Source of the DNA: a virus
Taxonomy: Duplodnaviria > Heunggongvirae > Uroviricota > Caudoviricetes
Reading direction: 5' to 3' (one strand)
Length of the DNA stretch: 64,000 nucleotides
Virus record (IMG/VR): IMGVR_UViG_3300042401_001180
Shown: in pieces, positions 21,005 to 30,160 of the stretch
Numbering within the stretch: position 1 is the first letter of the stretch
Layout of the letters: each line of letters opens with the position of its first letter
The notes under the pieces: generated by a model
What the model was told of the DNA's origin: nothing
What the model saw: the letters and a program-made list of their open reading frames with translations, nothing else
Database searches by the model: none
Position numbers and translations under genes: made by a program

Positions 21005-21809
21005 AATAAAACTTGTGGATTCTACCTTTAGTCATTCTATTCTAGGGTATTGCAGCGACTTTCAAAAATCAAAAAATTTTGTTTGGGATAGGGATGTTTC
21101 AAACATAACTGATGAGGATTTGATTGTTTATACCGACAGTCGATTATATGAATCAAAAAATGCAAAAAATTCTATAGCTTGGCTTATAGAACCTATTGAT
21201 ATATACGAAGAAAGTTATCGTTTTATTGAAAAAAATAATGATAAATTTTACAAAGTTTTTACACATGAAAAAACTTTATTAGACCAAAAATATAACTATG
21301 AGTTTTTGCCGTTTGGTTGTTGTTGGATTTATGAATATGATCATAAAATTTATAAAAAAAATAAAAATATAAGTATAATATCATCAGAAAAAACACACAC
21401 AAAAGGACATCAATTACGACACGAAGTAATTACTAAGTTTAATGATTACATTGATGTGTACGGACGTAAATACAATCCAATAGATTACAAATTAGACGGT
21501 CTAAAAGATTATAGATTTCAAATTGTTATAGAAAACACTAAGAGAGATTATTGGTTTTCTGAAAAATTAATAGACTGCTTAGTTACCGGCACAATTCCGA
21601 TTTATTGGGGATGTCCATCAATAGGTGATTTTTTTGATTTAAACGGGTTTATTATTTTTGACAAAATTGAAGATCTGAATGATATTATCCCATCACTTAA
21701 TGAAATAAATTATCAGAGCAAAATAGAGTCTGTGGAAAATAATTTTTTATTGTCAAAAAAATATATTTTACCTGACGAATTACTTTATAAAAAATTAAAA
21801 AAAATATGA
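20994..21809 (+). CDS. GT10 alpha-1,3-fucosyltransferase-like protein
   Basis: YRFQIVIEN...YWFSEKLID...TIPIYWG. Confidence 0.88.
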   Translation: MKNKIKLVDSTFSHSILGYCSDFQKSKNFVWDRDVSNITDEDLIVYTDSRLYESKNAKNSIAWLIEPIDIYEESYRFIEKNNDKFYKVFTHEKTLLDQKYNYEFLPFGCCWIYEYDHKIYKKNKNISIISSEKTHTKGHQLRHEVITKFNDYIDVYGRKYNPIDYKLDGLKDYRFQIVIENTKRDYWFSEKLIDCLVTGTIPIYWGCPSIGDFFDLNGFIIFDKIEDLNDIIPSLNEINYQSKIESVENNFLLSKKYILPDELLYKKLKKI

Positions 21810-22483
21810 AAGATATATTAGTTAGTGTCATATTCCCAAGTAGGGGTAGAGGATATAAACTTTTGAGTACGTTAGATTCTATTATAGAAAAAACTAAAAA
21901 TTTAGAAAGAATCGAAATATTAATAAAGATTGATGACGATGATAATGAAACATTAAAAATTTTAAAAACTTACAAAAATTTTAATTTGTTAAATATAATA
22001 ATATCGGATAGAAAGAATGGGTACGCATCTTTAAATGAATATTATAATGAGTTATATGATAAATCAAATGGTAAATTTATTTTTTGCGCTAACGATGATA
22101 TTTTGTTATTAACGGACGAATGGGATGGGTTAGTTAGTCAATATGAGAATGACTTTGTTTGTTTACATCATAATCCGACATTCCCACACAACGACGTATG
22201 GTATTTTCCAATAATATCAAAAAAAATTTTAGATATTATTGGATGCGTATCAAAATCAGTTTTTTATGACGGTTATTTATTTTTTATGTTAGAAGATTTG
22301 GGTATTTTTAGGAGAATAGATTTAACAATACAACACGAGTCAATAGATGACGATTTGACTGTTGATAAAAATAAAATTTTACAAGGGTTTAGGGAAGGGA
22401 CTTGGGAATTTGACACAAAACGTGACTTAATGATTGAAGATAGAAATAAAATAATTAATTATTTAAATAATGAAAAAAAATAA
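21806..22483 (+). CDS. GT-A (GT2-like) glycosyltransferase
   Basis: Motifs VSVIFPSRGR, IDDDD and NDD. Confidence 0.8.
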   Translation: MKDILVSVIFPSRGRGYKLLSTLDSIIEKTKNLERIEILIKIDDDDNETLKILKTYKNFNLLNIIISDRKNGYASLNEYYNELYDKSNGKFIFCANDDILLLTDEWDGLVSQYENDFVCLHHNPTFPHNDVWYFPIISKKILDIIGCVSKSVFYDGYLFFMLEDLGIFRRIDLTIQHESIDDDLTVDKNKILQGFREGTWEFDTKRDLMIEDRNKIINYLNNEKK

Positions 22484-23390
22484 AATAGTTGTTACTGGTG
22501 GTTCAGGATTAGTTGGTAAATATTTAAAAGGTTACTTACCTGATGCTGTTTATTTATCTTCTAAAGATTTTGATTTAACAACTGAAAACGGCGTTAAAAA
22601 CATGTATCTAAAACACAAACCAAATATCGTAATACATTTAGCAGCAAAAGTTGGTGGGATTATAGATAATATAAACAAACCTGCAGAATATTTTACAGAC
22701 AATATATTAATGAATACTCTTTTACTTGATTATGCAAGAAAAATGAAGGTAGATAGATTTATCGGTATTTTAAGTACTTGTATATATCCTGATATTGTGG
22801 AATCATACCCACTGAAGGAGGAGGATTTACATTCGGGACCACCAACGATTACTAATTTTTCATATGGGTATGCAAAAAGAAGTTTAGCGGTTCAAATAGA
22901 TGCCTACAACAAGCAATACGGAACAAAGTATCAGTATTTAACCCCATGTAATTTGTATGGTGTTGGGGATAAGGATCATGAAACGAATAGTCATTTTATT
23001 ACAGCATTAGTTAAAAAAATATTTGACGCAAAACAAAACAACAAAGACTCAATTACGTTATATGGTGATGGAACACCTCTAAGACAATTTATGTTTGCGG
23101 ATGACTTCGCCAAGGTAATTTATAAAGTAATTACCAACAACATATATGATAACTTTAATGTTGCCGGTGAAGAAAACCTATCAATAAAAGAAATGACAAA
23201 CATAACATTACAATCGTGTGGTGCTGAAAACTTAAAAATTAAATGGGACACAGATAAACCTAACGGTCAATATAGAAAAGATGTGTCGATAGAAAAACTA
23301 AAAACTTTACTACCAAGTTTTAATCCATTACCTTTATCGAAAGGAATAAAAATGGTTTATAATAGTTATTATGATAAAATTAGTAAGTGA
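22470..23390 (+). CDS. fcl: GDP-L-fucose synthase / ColC-like epimerase-reductase
   Basis: Motifs TGGSGLVG, HLAAKVGGI, STCIYP, YGYAK, PCNLYG and GDGTPLRQF. Confidence 0.9.
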   Translation: MKKNKIVVTGGSGLVGKYLKGYLPDAVYLSSKDFDLTTENGVKNMYLKHKPNIVIHLAAKVGGIIDNINKPAEYFTDNILMNTLLLDYARKMKVDRFIGILSTCIYPDIVESYPLKEEDLHSGPPTITNFSYGYAKRSLAVQIDAYNKQYGTKYQYLTPCNLYGVGDKDHETNSHFITALVKKIFDAKQNNKDSITLYGDGTPLRQFMFADDFAKVIYKVITNNIYDNFNVAGEENLSIKEMTNITLQSCGAENLKIKWDTDKPNGQYRKDVSIEKLKTLLPSFNPLPLSKGIKMVYNSYYDKISK

Positions 23391-24522
23391 CACCATAAAT
23401 AAAGATGATATAAATTCTTTAATTGAGTGGTTAGGTCAAGAAAAAATACCAAGACTAACAAAGGGAGACCTAACTTGGGAATTAGAAAGCAAATGGGCAA
23501 AAAAAATAGGTTCTAAATATTCTATATTTATTAATTCCGGATCTTCCGCAATATTATTAACATTAGCCACGTTAAAGTACACTAATAAACTTAAAAATGA
23601 CAAAGTGGTTGTACCGGGATTAAGTTGGGTAACAGACGTAAGTTCACCAATGTTATTGGGTATGAAACCAATTTTATGTGATAGTAATCTTGAAGATCTT
23701 TCTTGTGACTTAGAACACTTAGAAACAATTTTTATAGAAGAAACACCTTCTTGTTTTATTTTAGTTTCTCCTTTGGGTTTGGTACCAAACATGAAAAAAA
23801 TAGTTAATTTGTGTGAAAAACATAATGTTATTTTATTAGAAGATGTTTGCGAAAGTATGGGATCTAAATATAATGAAAAATATTTAGGCACTTTTGGTTT
23901 TGCGTCTTTTTTCTCTATGTATTTTGGGCATCATTTATCCACAATTGAGGGTGGTTTTATTAATACGGATGATGAAGATTTTTACCACTCTCTATTAATG
24001 ATGAGAAGTCACGGGTGGGATAGGGATTTACCCGAAGCTATACAGAAAAAATTACGAACAGAAAATAACATAAATGATTTTGATTCTTTATACACTTTTT
24101 ATTTACCTGGATTTAATCTTAGATCTACGGATTTACAGGCTTTTATTGGGTTACGAGCGATAGATAAATTAGACGAATACTCAAATAAAAGAAATTTAAA
24201 TTTTAAAGTTTATCAAAAAAGGGTTAAAAATAACGAGTTGAGTATCTCTGATTACAAAAATAACTTCGTGTCAAATTTTGCGTACCCTATAATAAATAAA
24301 AATAGAAACTTGATTATAGATGAATTAATTAAAAATGGTGTTGAGGTTAGACCGCTGATTGCTGGAGACATGTCAAAAAAACCAATGTGGACTAATAATT
24401 ACGACAAAGTATATTTAAAAAATTGTGATTTGGTTAACAAATATGGGTTTTATATTCCAAATCACCAAGATTTAAGTATTGAAGAAATAAATTTTATAAC
24501 AAATATTATTAATAATGCATAA
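23371..24522 (+). CDS. PLP enzyme of the DegT/DnrJ family, ColD-like GDP-4-keto-6-deoxymannose 3-dehydratase
   Basis: Motifs NSGSSA, EDVCESMG, RSHGW and GFNLR. SMYFGHHLSTIEGG has His where aminotransferases have the Schiff-base Lys. Confidence 0.8.
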   Translation: MIKLVSDTINKDDINSLIEWLGQEKIPRLTKGDLTWELESKWAKKIGSKYSIFINSGSSAILLTLATLKYTNKLKNDKVVVPGLSWVTDVSSPMLLGMKPILCDSNLEDLSCDLEHLETIFIEETPSCFILVSPLGLVPNMKKIVNLCEKHNVILLEDVCESMGSKYNEKYLGTFGFASFFSMYFGHHLSTIEGGFINTDDEDFYHSLLMMRSHGWDRDLPEAIQKKLRTENNINDFDSLYTFYLPGFNLRSTDLQAFIGLRAIDKLDEYSNKRNLNFKVYQKRVKNNELSISDYKNNFVSNFAYPIINKNRNLIIDELIKNGVEVRPLIAGDMSKKPMWTNNYDKVYLKNCDLVNKYGFYIPNHQDLSIEEINFITNIINNA

Positions 24523-25492
24523 AAAAGTAGCATTAATAACCGGTATAAATGGTCAGGATGGGTCATATTTGGCAGAACTATTATTAGAAAAAGGTTATGA
24601 GGTACACGGAACATTAAAAAGAAATTCAGTATCTGAAAATCAAACATCTCGTTTAGATGAAGTATTTGATAAATTAAAATTACATTACGCAGATTTAACT
24701 GATTTATCTTCATTGATTAGGGTTATAAGTGAAATAAAACCTAATGAGGTTTACAATTTAGCAGCACAATCACATGTTAGGATTTCTTTTGATCAACCAA
24801 TTTATACCGCAAATGTAACAGGCATCGGGACACTTAATATATTAGAGGCTGTAAAACTAGTTGATCCGAATATAAAAATATATCAAGCATCATCTTCAGA
24901 AATGTTTGGTAACTCAATAGACGAAGACGGGTTTCAAAGAGAGAGTACTCCAATGAACCCTGTTTCCCCTTATGGTTGTGCAAAAGTTTTTTCTTATAAC
25001 ATTTGTAGAAACTATAGAAATGCCTACGGAATGAAAATATGGAATGGGATTTTATTCAATCACGAATCACCAAGAAGAGGAACTAATTTTGTTACAAATA
25101 AAGTGGTTAAAGCGGCAGTAAGAATTAGTTTAGGGTTACAAGATAAATTAAATATTGGTAATTTGTCAGCAACAAGGGATTGGGGTCATGCGAAAGACTA
25201 CGTTTATGTGATGTGGTTAATGTTACAATCTGATAAACCTGATGATTATGTTTGTGCAACAGGCATATCACACTCAGTTAAAGATTTATGTAAATATGTA
25301 TTTAATTCATTAGGGTTAAATTATTTAGATTATATTGTTGTTGATGAAAAACATTTTAGACCTGAAGAATTAGAGAACCTAAAGGGGGATCCATCTAAGA
25401 TAAAAAAAGAATTACATTGGAAACCATCGTACACATTTGAAACTATGTTAGATGAAATGATTGATTATTGGTTAAATTATTATAATAAATAG
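24515..25492 (+). CDS. gmd: GDP-mannose 4,6-dehydratase
   Basis: Motifs ITGINGQDGSYLAE, NLAAQSHV, SPYGCAK, LFNHESPRRG and RDWGHAKDY. Confidence 0.96.
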   Translation: MHKKVALITGINGQDGSYLAELLLEKGYEVHGTLKRNSVSENQTSRLDEVFDKLKLHYADLTDLSSLIRVISEIKPNEVYNLAAQSHVRISFDQPIYTANVTGIGTLNILEAVKLVDPNIKIYQASSSEMFGNSIDEDGFQRESTPMNPVSPYGCAKVFSYNICRNYRNAYGMKIWNGILFNHESPRRGTNFVTNKVVKAAVRISLGLQDKLNIGNLSATRDWGHAKDYVYVMWLMLQSDKPDDYVCATGISHSVKDLCKYVFNSLGLNYLDYIVVDEKHFRPEELENLKGDPSKIKKELHWKPSYTFETMLDEMIDYWLNYYNK

Positions 25493-25495
25493 AAT

Positions 25496-26230
25496 ATGAC
25501 AAGAAGAAAAACCCAACCTCAAAACGAGGAACAAGAATCTAAACCATTCTCAAAAAAAGACTTTATCAATTCAATCATTAAGAAAAAACAAAAAAACAAG
25601 TTCTTAACGACAAATCAAGAAGAGTATTATAATCTTTTAAGAAATAATCAAATCACTATTTGTTCAGGACCTGCGGGTGTCGGTAAGTCGTATATCGCAA
25701 TGAAAGCGGCTGTCGATTTACTTATGGATACTAATAACCACTATGAAAAATTAGTGATTGTTAGACCGGCAGTTGAAGCAGAGGAAAAATTAGGTTCTCT
25801 TCCAGGTAACTTAGAAGAAAAATTAGACCCATACATTTTTCCGTCCTACTACCTATTAAATAAAATTATAGGTAAAGAAGCTCGTGAAAAATTAAAAGAT
25901 GCTGAAATCATCGAAGTATTTGCTTTAGCATATATGAGAGGGATGAATATTGACAATACTATTTTAATTTTTGAGGAAGCTCAGAACTCAAGTCCAAATC
26001 AAATGAAATTACTATTGACAAGAATTGGGTTTAATAGTAAATTCTTTATATCAGGGGATATTGAACAAACGGATAGATATAAAGATAAAAAACAGTCAGG
26101 ACTATATGACGCAATACAAAGATTTAAAACTATCCATGATATAGGTGTTTTTGAGTTTAACGATGACGATAATGTTAGAAACCAACTAATAACTAAAATA
26201 TTAAAAAAATATGAAGAGAATAGGGATTGA
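25496..26230 (+). CDS. phoH: PhoH-family ATPase
   Basis: Motifs GPAGVGKS, RPAVE, LGSLPG, AYMRG, EEAQN, LTRIG and GDIEQTD. Confidence 0.93.
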   Translation: MTRRKTQPQNEEQESKPFSKKDFINSIIKKKQKNKFLTTNQEEYYNLLRNNQITICSGPAGVGKSYIAMKAAVDLLMDTNNHYEKLVIVRPAVEAEEKLGSLPGNLEEKLDPYIFPSYYLLNKIIGKEAREKLKDAEIIEVFALAYMRGMNIDNTILIFEEAQNSSPNQMKLLLTRIGFNSKFFISGDIEQTDRYKDKKQSGLYDAIQRFKTIHDIGVFEFNDDDNVRNQLITKILKKYEENRD

Positions 26231-26864
26231 AATTAATGGAGTATTAAGAGACACTATTAGTAAGTTTACTCAACTGTATGAAAAACATATGATAGAGGAA
26301 AACGAACATGATGGTAAAACCTTTGATGTTGACATGTCAGGTAATACCGAAGAATTGGTATCAAAGGAAGAATTTGAATATAAAATTTTAAGCGATGTTA
26401 CTTCATTGAACTTAACCGATCATTTTAGATTTAACGACGACAATGAATTATATTCATTTATGTATGAGGATTTTGCAATGCAAATATTTGGACATGCTGG
26501 ATCAACAGAAACATTCACATTTAATGATTTAAATGATTTGTATATGAAGTATAGAGATAACAACGAATTACTCATTTTGTCAGATGAGATGGGTAGATCT
26601 AAACCCGCATCCTTATTCTTTCTATCTAAATTTGGATGTTTACTTGAAAAAATTAAATTTTACTCTAACGCAACTATTGACACTATGTGGAATGAAGTTG
26701 ATATTTTATTAACGTCAAATCCAAATTTGATTGTTAATAAACCAAAAGATAAAATTGTTATTAAGTATGTAACAATTTATAATAAAAATGTTGAATCTGA
26801 ATTTGAAATTGAATCATTGAAAGAATTTGACGGTATTTTAGAAAAATTAAAAGTAACATGTTAA
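26211..26864 (+). CDS. HAD/5'(3')-deoxynucleotidase-like protein with degenerate active site
   Basis: IGIEINGVLRD aligns with IxxDxDGVxxD. Confidence 0.55.
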   Translation: MKRIGIEINGVLRDTISKFTQLYEKHMIEENEHDGKTFDVDMSGNTEELVSKEEFEYKILSDVTSLNLTDHFRFNDDNELYSFMYEDFAMQIFGHAGSTETFTFNDLNDLYMKYRDNNELLILSDEMGRSKPASLFFLSKFGCLLEKIKFYSNATIDTMWNEVDILLTSNPNLIVNKPKDKIVIKYVTIYNKNVESEFEIESLKEFDGILEKLKVTC

Positions 26865-27145
26865 AATTCTTAGGAGAAAATTACTACTTGGACATAAGTG
26901 AATTGGAAAAACAAGTAAGTTATGAAAAATCCTCGTTAACTGTACCAACAGGGGATACGGAAACACCAGATCAACAAATTAGTGTCACTCGTTATGACAC
27001 ATTTAAAAGTTTAATAGAGGTACTATTAACTGAAAGAGAAGAGTTAGATGAAACATTAGGTATTCACGGAGCAAAAGATTTAACAATACCTTTTAAAATC
27101 TCATTTAATACACTATTAATAAACAATATACTAAAAACACTTTAA
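26858..27145 (+). CDS. Hypothetical protein
   Basis: 95-aa ORF overlapping the upstream stop. Confidence 0.78.
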   Translation: MLKFLGENYYLDISELEKQVSYEKSSLTVPTGDTETPDQQISVTRYDTFKSLIEVLLTEREELDETLGIHGAKDLTIPFKISFNTLLINNILKTL

Positions 27146-27148
27146 AAA

Positions 27149-28213
27149 ATGGAATTAGAAAAAATTCAAAAACTTGAAAAGTCATTAGAAAATTTAAAAA
27201 ACAAGTCATCTAGAATTTATTTTTTAGTGCAAGACACTAAAGGTAACCCTAGAGCAGGAGTTAAGTATATCTATGACATTGCATTAACATTAAAAAATAA
27301 TGGATATAACAGCATTATAATTCATGAGACTAAAGAATACACTGGAGTTTCAGAATGGTTAGGGGAGGAATATATGGATATCCCACACCAATCAATTGAA
27401 AACCAAAACCTATCAATTTCTCCTGAAGATTTTATTATTATCCCTGAGATTTATGCTCACGTTATGGATCAATTAAAAAACTTCCCTTGTGGAAAGGTGG
27501 TTTTATGTCAAGCATATGATCACGTGTTAGAGACATTACCTCCAGGGGTAACTTGGAACCAATACGGATTTGTAAAATGTATTACCACTTCGGAATTTCA
27601 AAAAAAGCACCTATCAGAAATTATGAGATCAGTTAGTATGGATGTGGTAGAACCATTTATTTCTGACAACTTCTCTAAAAAAGAAAAACCATCTAAACCT
27701 ATTATCTCAATTCACACAAGAGAACCTAGAGATAGTGCTAAGATTATTAAAACTTTTTATTTAAAATACCCTCAATATCGATGGATAACATTTAGAGATA
27801 TGAGAGGAATTAAACAAGAAGATTTTGCAAATTTCTTAAAAGAGTCTTATGTATCTGTTTGGGTTGATAATGAGTCAGGATTTGGGACATACCCATTGGA
27901 GAGTATGATTTCAGGTACACCAGTTATAGGTAAAGTTCCAAACCTAAAACCTGAATGGATGAATGAAGAAAACGGAGTATGGACATATCAGTTTAATGAG
28001 ATAGTGGATATTATAGCTAACTACACTCAAAATTGGTTGGAGGATAATATATCCGAAGAGTTACACTCAAAAATGCAAGAAACAGGATTAAAATATGCGT
28101 CTAAAGAAAATTTTGACACATCAGTAAAAACATTATTTAACGAATATTTTGAAAAAAGAGCAAAAACGTTTTCTGAGCAATTAGAAAAAATAAAAGTATC
28201 TGAAGAAAACTAA
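27149..28213 (+). CDS. GT-B glycosyltransferase
   Basis: Motifs AGVKYIY, IIIPE and SGFGTYPLESMISG. Confidence 0.78.
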   Translation: MELEKIQKLEKSLENLKNKSSRIYFLVQDTKGNPRAGVKYIYDIALTLKNNGYNSIIIHETKEYTGVSEWLGEEYMDIPHQSIENQNLSISPEDFIIIPEIYAHVMDQLKNFPCGKVVLCQAYDHVLETLPPGVTWNQYGFVKCITTSEFQKKHLSEIMRSVSMDVVEPFISDNFSKKEKPSKPIISIHTREPRDSAKIIKTFYLKYPQYRWITFRDMRGIKQEDFANFLKESYVSVWVDNESGFGTYPLESMISGTPVIGKVPNLKPEWMNEENGVWTYQFNEIVDIIANYTQNWLEDNISEELHSKMQETGLKYASKENFDTSVKTLFNEYFEKRAKTFSEQLEKIKVSEEN

Positions 28214-28219
28214 AAAATT

Positions 28220-29029
28220 ATGGAAAAAGAAAAATTTGACGTATCAGTAATATTACCAATTAACTCATCAATGCATAAAAATTTTGATGAACTATTTGAC
28301 AGAGCAATTAAATCATTAGAAATTCAAAATTTAGGAATTAATGAATTAGTAATTGTACACTCAGGTGAAGACACACTAAAATCGTTTTTAAACAAATATG
28401 AATTTAGCGGATTAACCGTTAATCAAATACAGAATGACGGAGACTTTGATTTTTGTACACAAGTTAATTTAGGTGTAAAAAACGCAAAAAGTAAATGGGT
28501 TAGTATTTTAGAATTTGATGATGAATACTCAAGTATTTGGTTTAAAAATGTTAGAAGGTTTGCTGACGCATACCCTGAAGTTGATACATTTTTACCTTTA
28601 GTTGTTGATACAGACGAAAAAGGTATGTTTGTTGGGTTTACAAATGAAGCGACGTTTGCAGCAAGTTTAAATACGGAAATAGGGTATTTAAATAACGATG
28701 TATTACTATCATACCAAAACTTCCAAACAAGTGGGATGGTTATTAAAAAATCTACCTTTGAAAATATTGGAGGATTTAAACCATCAATGAAATTAACATT
28801 TGTTTATGAGTTATTATTAAGATTAACATATAACGCAACAAAAATAATGACAATTCCAAGAATTGGGTATAAACATATGAATCTAAGAGAGGGGTCAATA
28901 TTCTGGAACTATAAAAATGGTGAAGAAAAAATCTCAGACAACGAGGTACAGTTTTGGATTGAGTCCGCAAAAAAAGAACATTTCTTCACTAATGATAGGA
29001 ATATAAAATACGTATCAGAAGAAGTATAA
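28220..29029 (+). CDS. GT2 glycosyltransferase
   Basis: Motifs VSVILPI, NLGV, LEFDD and IGGF. Confidence 0.85.
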   Translation: MEKEKFDVSVILPINSSMHKNFDELFDRAIKSLEIQNLGINELVIVHSGEDTLKSFLNKYEFSGLTVNQIQNDGDFDFCTQVNLGVKNAKSKWVSILEFDDEYSSIWFKNVRRFADAYPEVDTFLPLVVDTDEKGMFVGFTNEATFAASLNTEIGYLNNDVLLSYQNFQTSGMVIKKSTFENIGGFKPSMKLTFVYELLLRLTYNATKIMTIPRIGYKHMNLREGSIFWNYKNGEEKISDNEVQFWIESAKKEHFFTNDRNIKYVSEEV

Positions 29030-29778
29030 TGTCATTACCAAATGCAGAAGAAACCAATATATGTGAAGAGAATAAGACGGTAAAAAAAGCAAAAAGTAAT
29101 AATTACTTTGATGTCCGTGAAGAAGAAGCAGTTAAGAGATATATAATTGCAGAAACTAAAGAAGAAAAAGAAAAAATTTACAACGAATATCTTCGTATGC
29201 CATTAGACAAAATGATTGAGTCTATCATACGAAGATATAAATTATATAGAAAAGGTATGGAGTATATTGATGTTCATCATGATACTCACTCTTTTTTAAT
29301 GACTAAGGTTGAAAAATTTAAGCCAGCAAAAAACAAAAAAGCATATTCTTATTTTGGTACCATATGTAAAAACTATTTAATGGGTCAAATTTTAAAAGAT
29401 CAAAAAGAAATGAATAGAAAAATATCGTATGAGGATATTTCAGAAACTTTAGAAAACCGTCCAGATATGATTTATTATATGGAGTTTGAAAAGATTGACG
29501 CAGAAAAAATTATAGATATTTTTTTGGTAGATTTAAAAAATTACGTATATAATAACGTTTTGGTTGAAAATGAATTTAAGTTAGGCCAAGCATTAATAGA
29601 GTTGTTTGATAATTATGGTAATATTTTTATAGGTAACGATAATAATAAATTTAATAAAAATATTGTTCTTTTATCTTTAAGAGAAATGACAAATATGAAC
29701 ACTAAAGAAATAAGAACGTACCTAAAAAAATACAAATTTCTTTATTTAGACACGGTAAAAAGAATACATAATCAATAA
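29029..29778 (+). CDS. Putative phage sigma factor (gp55-like late sigma)
   Basis: KFKPAKNKKAYSYFGTICKNYL resembles sigma region 2.3-2.4 (gp55 FDP...AYFT.I..N). Confidence 0.6.
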   Translation: MSLPNAEETNICEENKTVKKAKSNNYFDVREEEAVKRYIIAETKEEKEKIYNEYLRMPLDKMIESIIRRYKLYRKGMEYIDVHHDTHSFLMTKVEKFKPAKNKKAYSYFGTICKNYLMGQILKDQKEMNRKISYEDISETLENRPDMIYYMEFEKIDAEKIIDIFLVDLKNYVYNNVLVENEFKLGQALIELFDNYGNIFIGNDNNKFNKNIVLLSLREMTNMNTKEIRTYLKKYKFLYLDTVKRIHNQ

Positions 29779-29794
29779 TTAAATATTTATTATT

Positions 29795-30160
29795 ATGAAT
29801 AGATCGAGAAAAAAAGAAATATCCTTAAATAAAGATTCGGTTTTAGGTTTAATGCAGGAAATTTATAATGAGTTGGTGGAGCAAAGAGCCACTGCGATTA
29901 GAATCCAAAATAAAATGTTAGCAATGTTAAAGGATCCTGAAGATATGACTCTGATTGGTCCTGTTATTAAAGAACAACAAAAAATAATAAACGACACTAT
30001 AGAGAAAAAATTAACCCTTTCTAAATTACAATCAACAATATGGGAAAAAACGTCTTCAGCTAAAGAAGATAATTTTACATTATCGGATATGGATGATGAA
30101 ACCCTTAAAATGTTGATAAACAAAGATGTGGATAATAGTGAACAAAATTATAAATTATAA
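29795..30160 (+). CDS. Hypothetical coiled-coil protein
   Basis: 121 aa; TATTTAT lies 4 nt upstream. Confidence 0.8.
   Translation: MNRSRKKEISLNKDSVLGLMQEIYNELVEQRATAIRIQNKMLAMLKDPEDMTLIGPVIKEQQKIINDTIEKKLTLSKLQSTIWEKTSSAKEDNFTLSDMDDETLKMLINKDVDNSEQNYKL

Noticed and set aside
23371-24522. Perosamine synthase or ordinary sugar aminotransferase
   Set aside because: The catalytic Lys position is His (GHH), as in the dehydratases.
12675-29029. Host O-antigen or capsule locus (bacterial chromosome)
   Set aside because: No wzx, wzy, wzz or initiating transferase. The cluster is interleaved with phage-type genes and continuous with structural operons.
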